From positions 61,938,001-62,002,000 of the forward strand of contig NC_043007.1 of the NCBI RefSeq assembly GCF_006345805.1: 64,000 bases of DNA, in the 5' to 3' direction. Under the pieces are notes generated by a model. It was not told where the DNA came from. It did not search any database and saw only the letters and a list, made by a program, of their open reading frames with translations. Source of the stretch: Octopus sinensis. Its lineage: Eukaryota. How positions within the stretch are numbered: the stretch's first letter is position 1; every line of letters begins with the position of its first letter. The position numbers were made by a program, and so were the translations under genes. Positions 63,571 to 64,000 of the stretch are shown here, in pieces.

Positions 63571-64000
63571 AATGCGGGAGTGCCATGATAGTAGTAGGAT
63601 GTTAAATGGTCAAGTGTCCTGAAAGTGACTTGTTGTGGATGATAGTAGTGATTGAATTTTTGAGACATCTCTTTTGAGTCTATTGTTAATAGAATTTGCG
63701 TAGGTGTTATTCTAAACAGCAATAGTGGTGTAGTTAGGAAGGAGGTAGCGGAAAGGAAGAAGTCGAAGAAGAAGGAGAAAGAGAAGAGATAATAAGAAGA
63801 AATGTAGGTGGTATGATAGTAGTAGGATGTTAAATGGTCAAGTGACCTAAAAGTGATGTGGTTCGTTATGGATTATAGCAGTGACTGGAACTGCTTTTAA
63901 TGAATTCTTGAGAATCTCTTGAGTGTATCATTTTTAATATTTGCGTGTGTGTTTGTGTTATTCTTAGGCCGTGATGGATGTCATTTGTTGTAGAAGCGTT

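Overview
AT-rich, microsatellite-saturated animal DNA. The SINE types, (TA)/(CA)/(TACA)n density and 5S variant suggest a coleoid cephalopod, probably Octopus; this is pattern recognition, not a database result. I can support only one host protein-coding exon: a small heat-shock protein with two tandem alpha-crystallin domains (ATG 33242 to stop 34201, splice acceptor at 33195-33196). The rest is mobile-element debris: tRNA-derived SINEs, a 5S rRNA pseudogene, three Helitron derivatives with a shared 3' end, a hAT remnant, a Tc1 remnant, RTE and L1/Tx1-like LINE remnants, a Gypsy remnant, and several Penelope-like element (PLE) pieces. The standout is 56468-62359: about 11 near-identical ~531-bp tandem units. 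Each carries a type I hammerhead ribozyme (HHR) motif with an intact core (CUGACGA...GAAA-CAAUUG-UC) and a long extended stem II. The array has a 5'-inverted segment and a candidate 12-bp target-site duplication, so it looks like a large retrozyme-like self-cleaving multimeric RNA insertion predicted to give ~531-nt linear/circular monomers. About ten further intact or degenerate HHR motifs lie elsewhere in the window, mostly in PLE-derived inverted repeats, including within a ~4.8-kb palindrome (26989-31828). Most ORFs in the supplied track are microsatellite artefacts.
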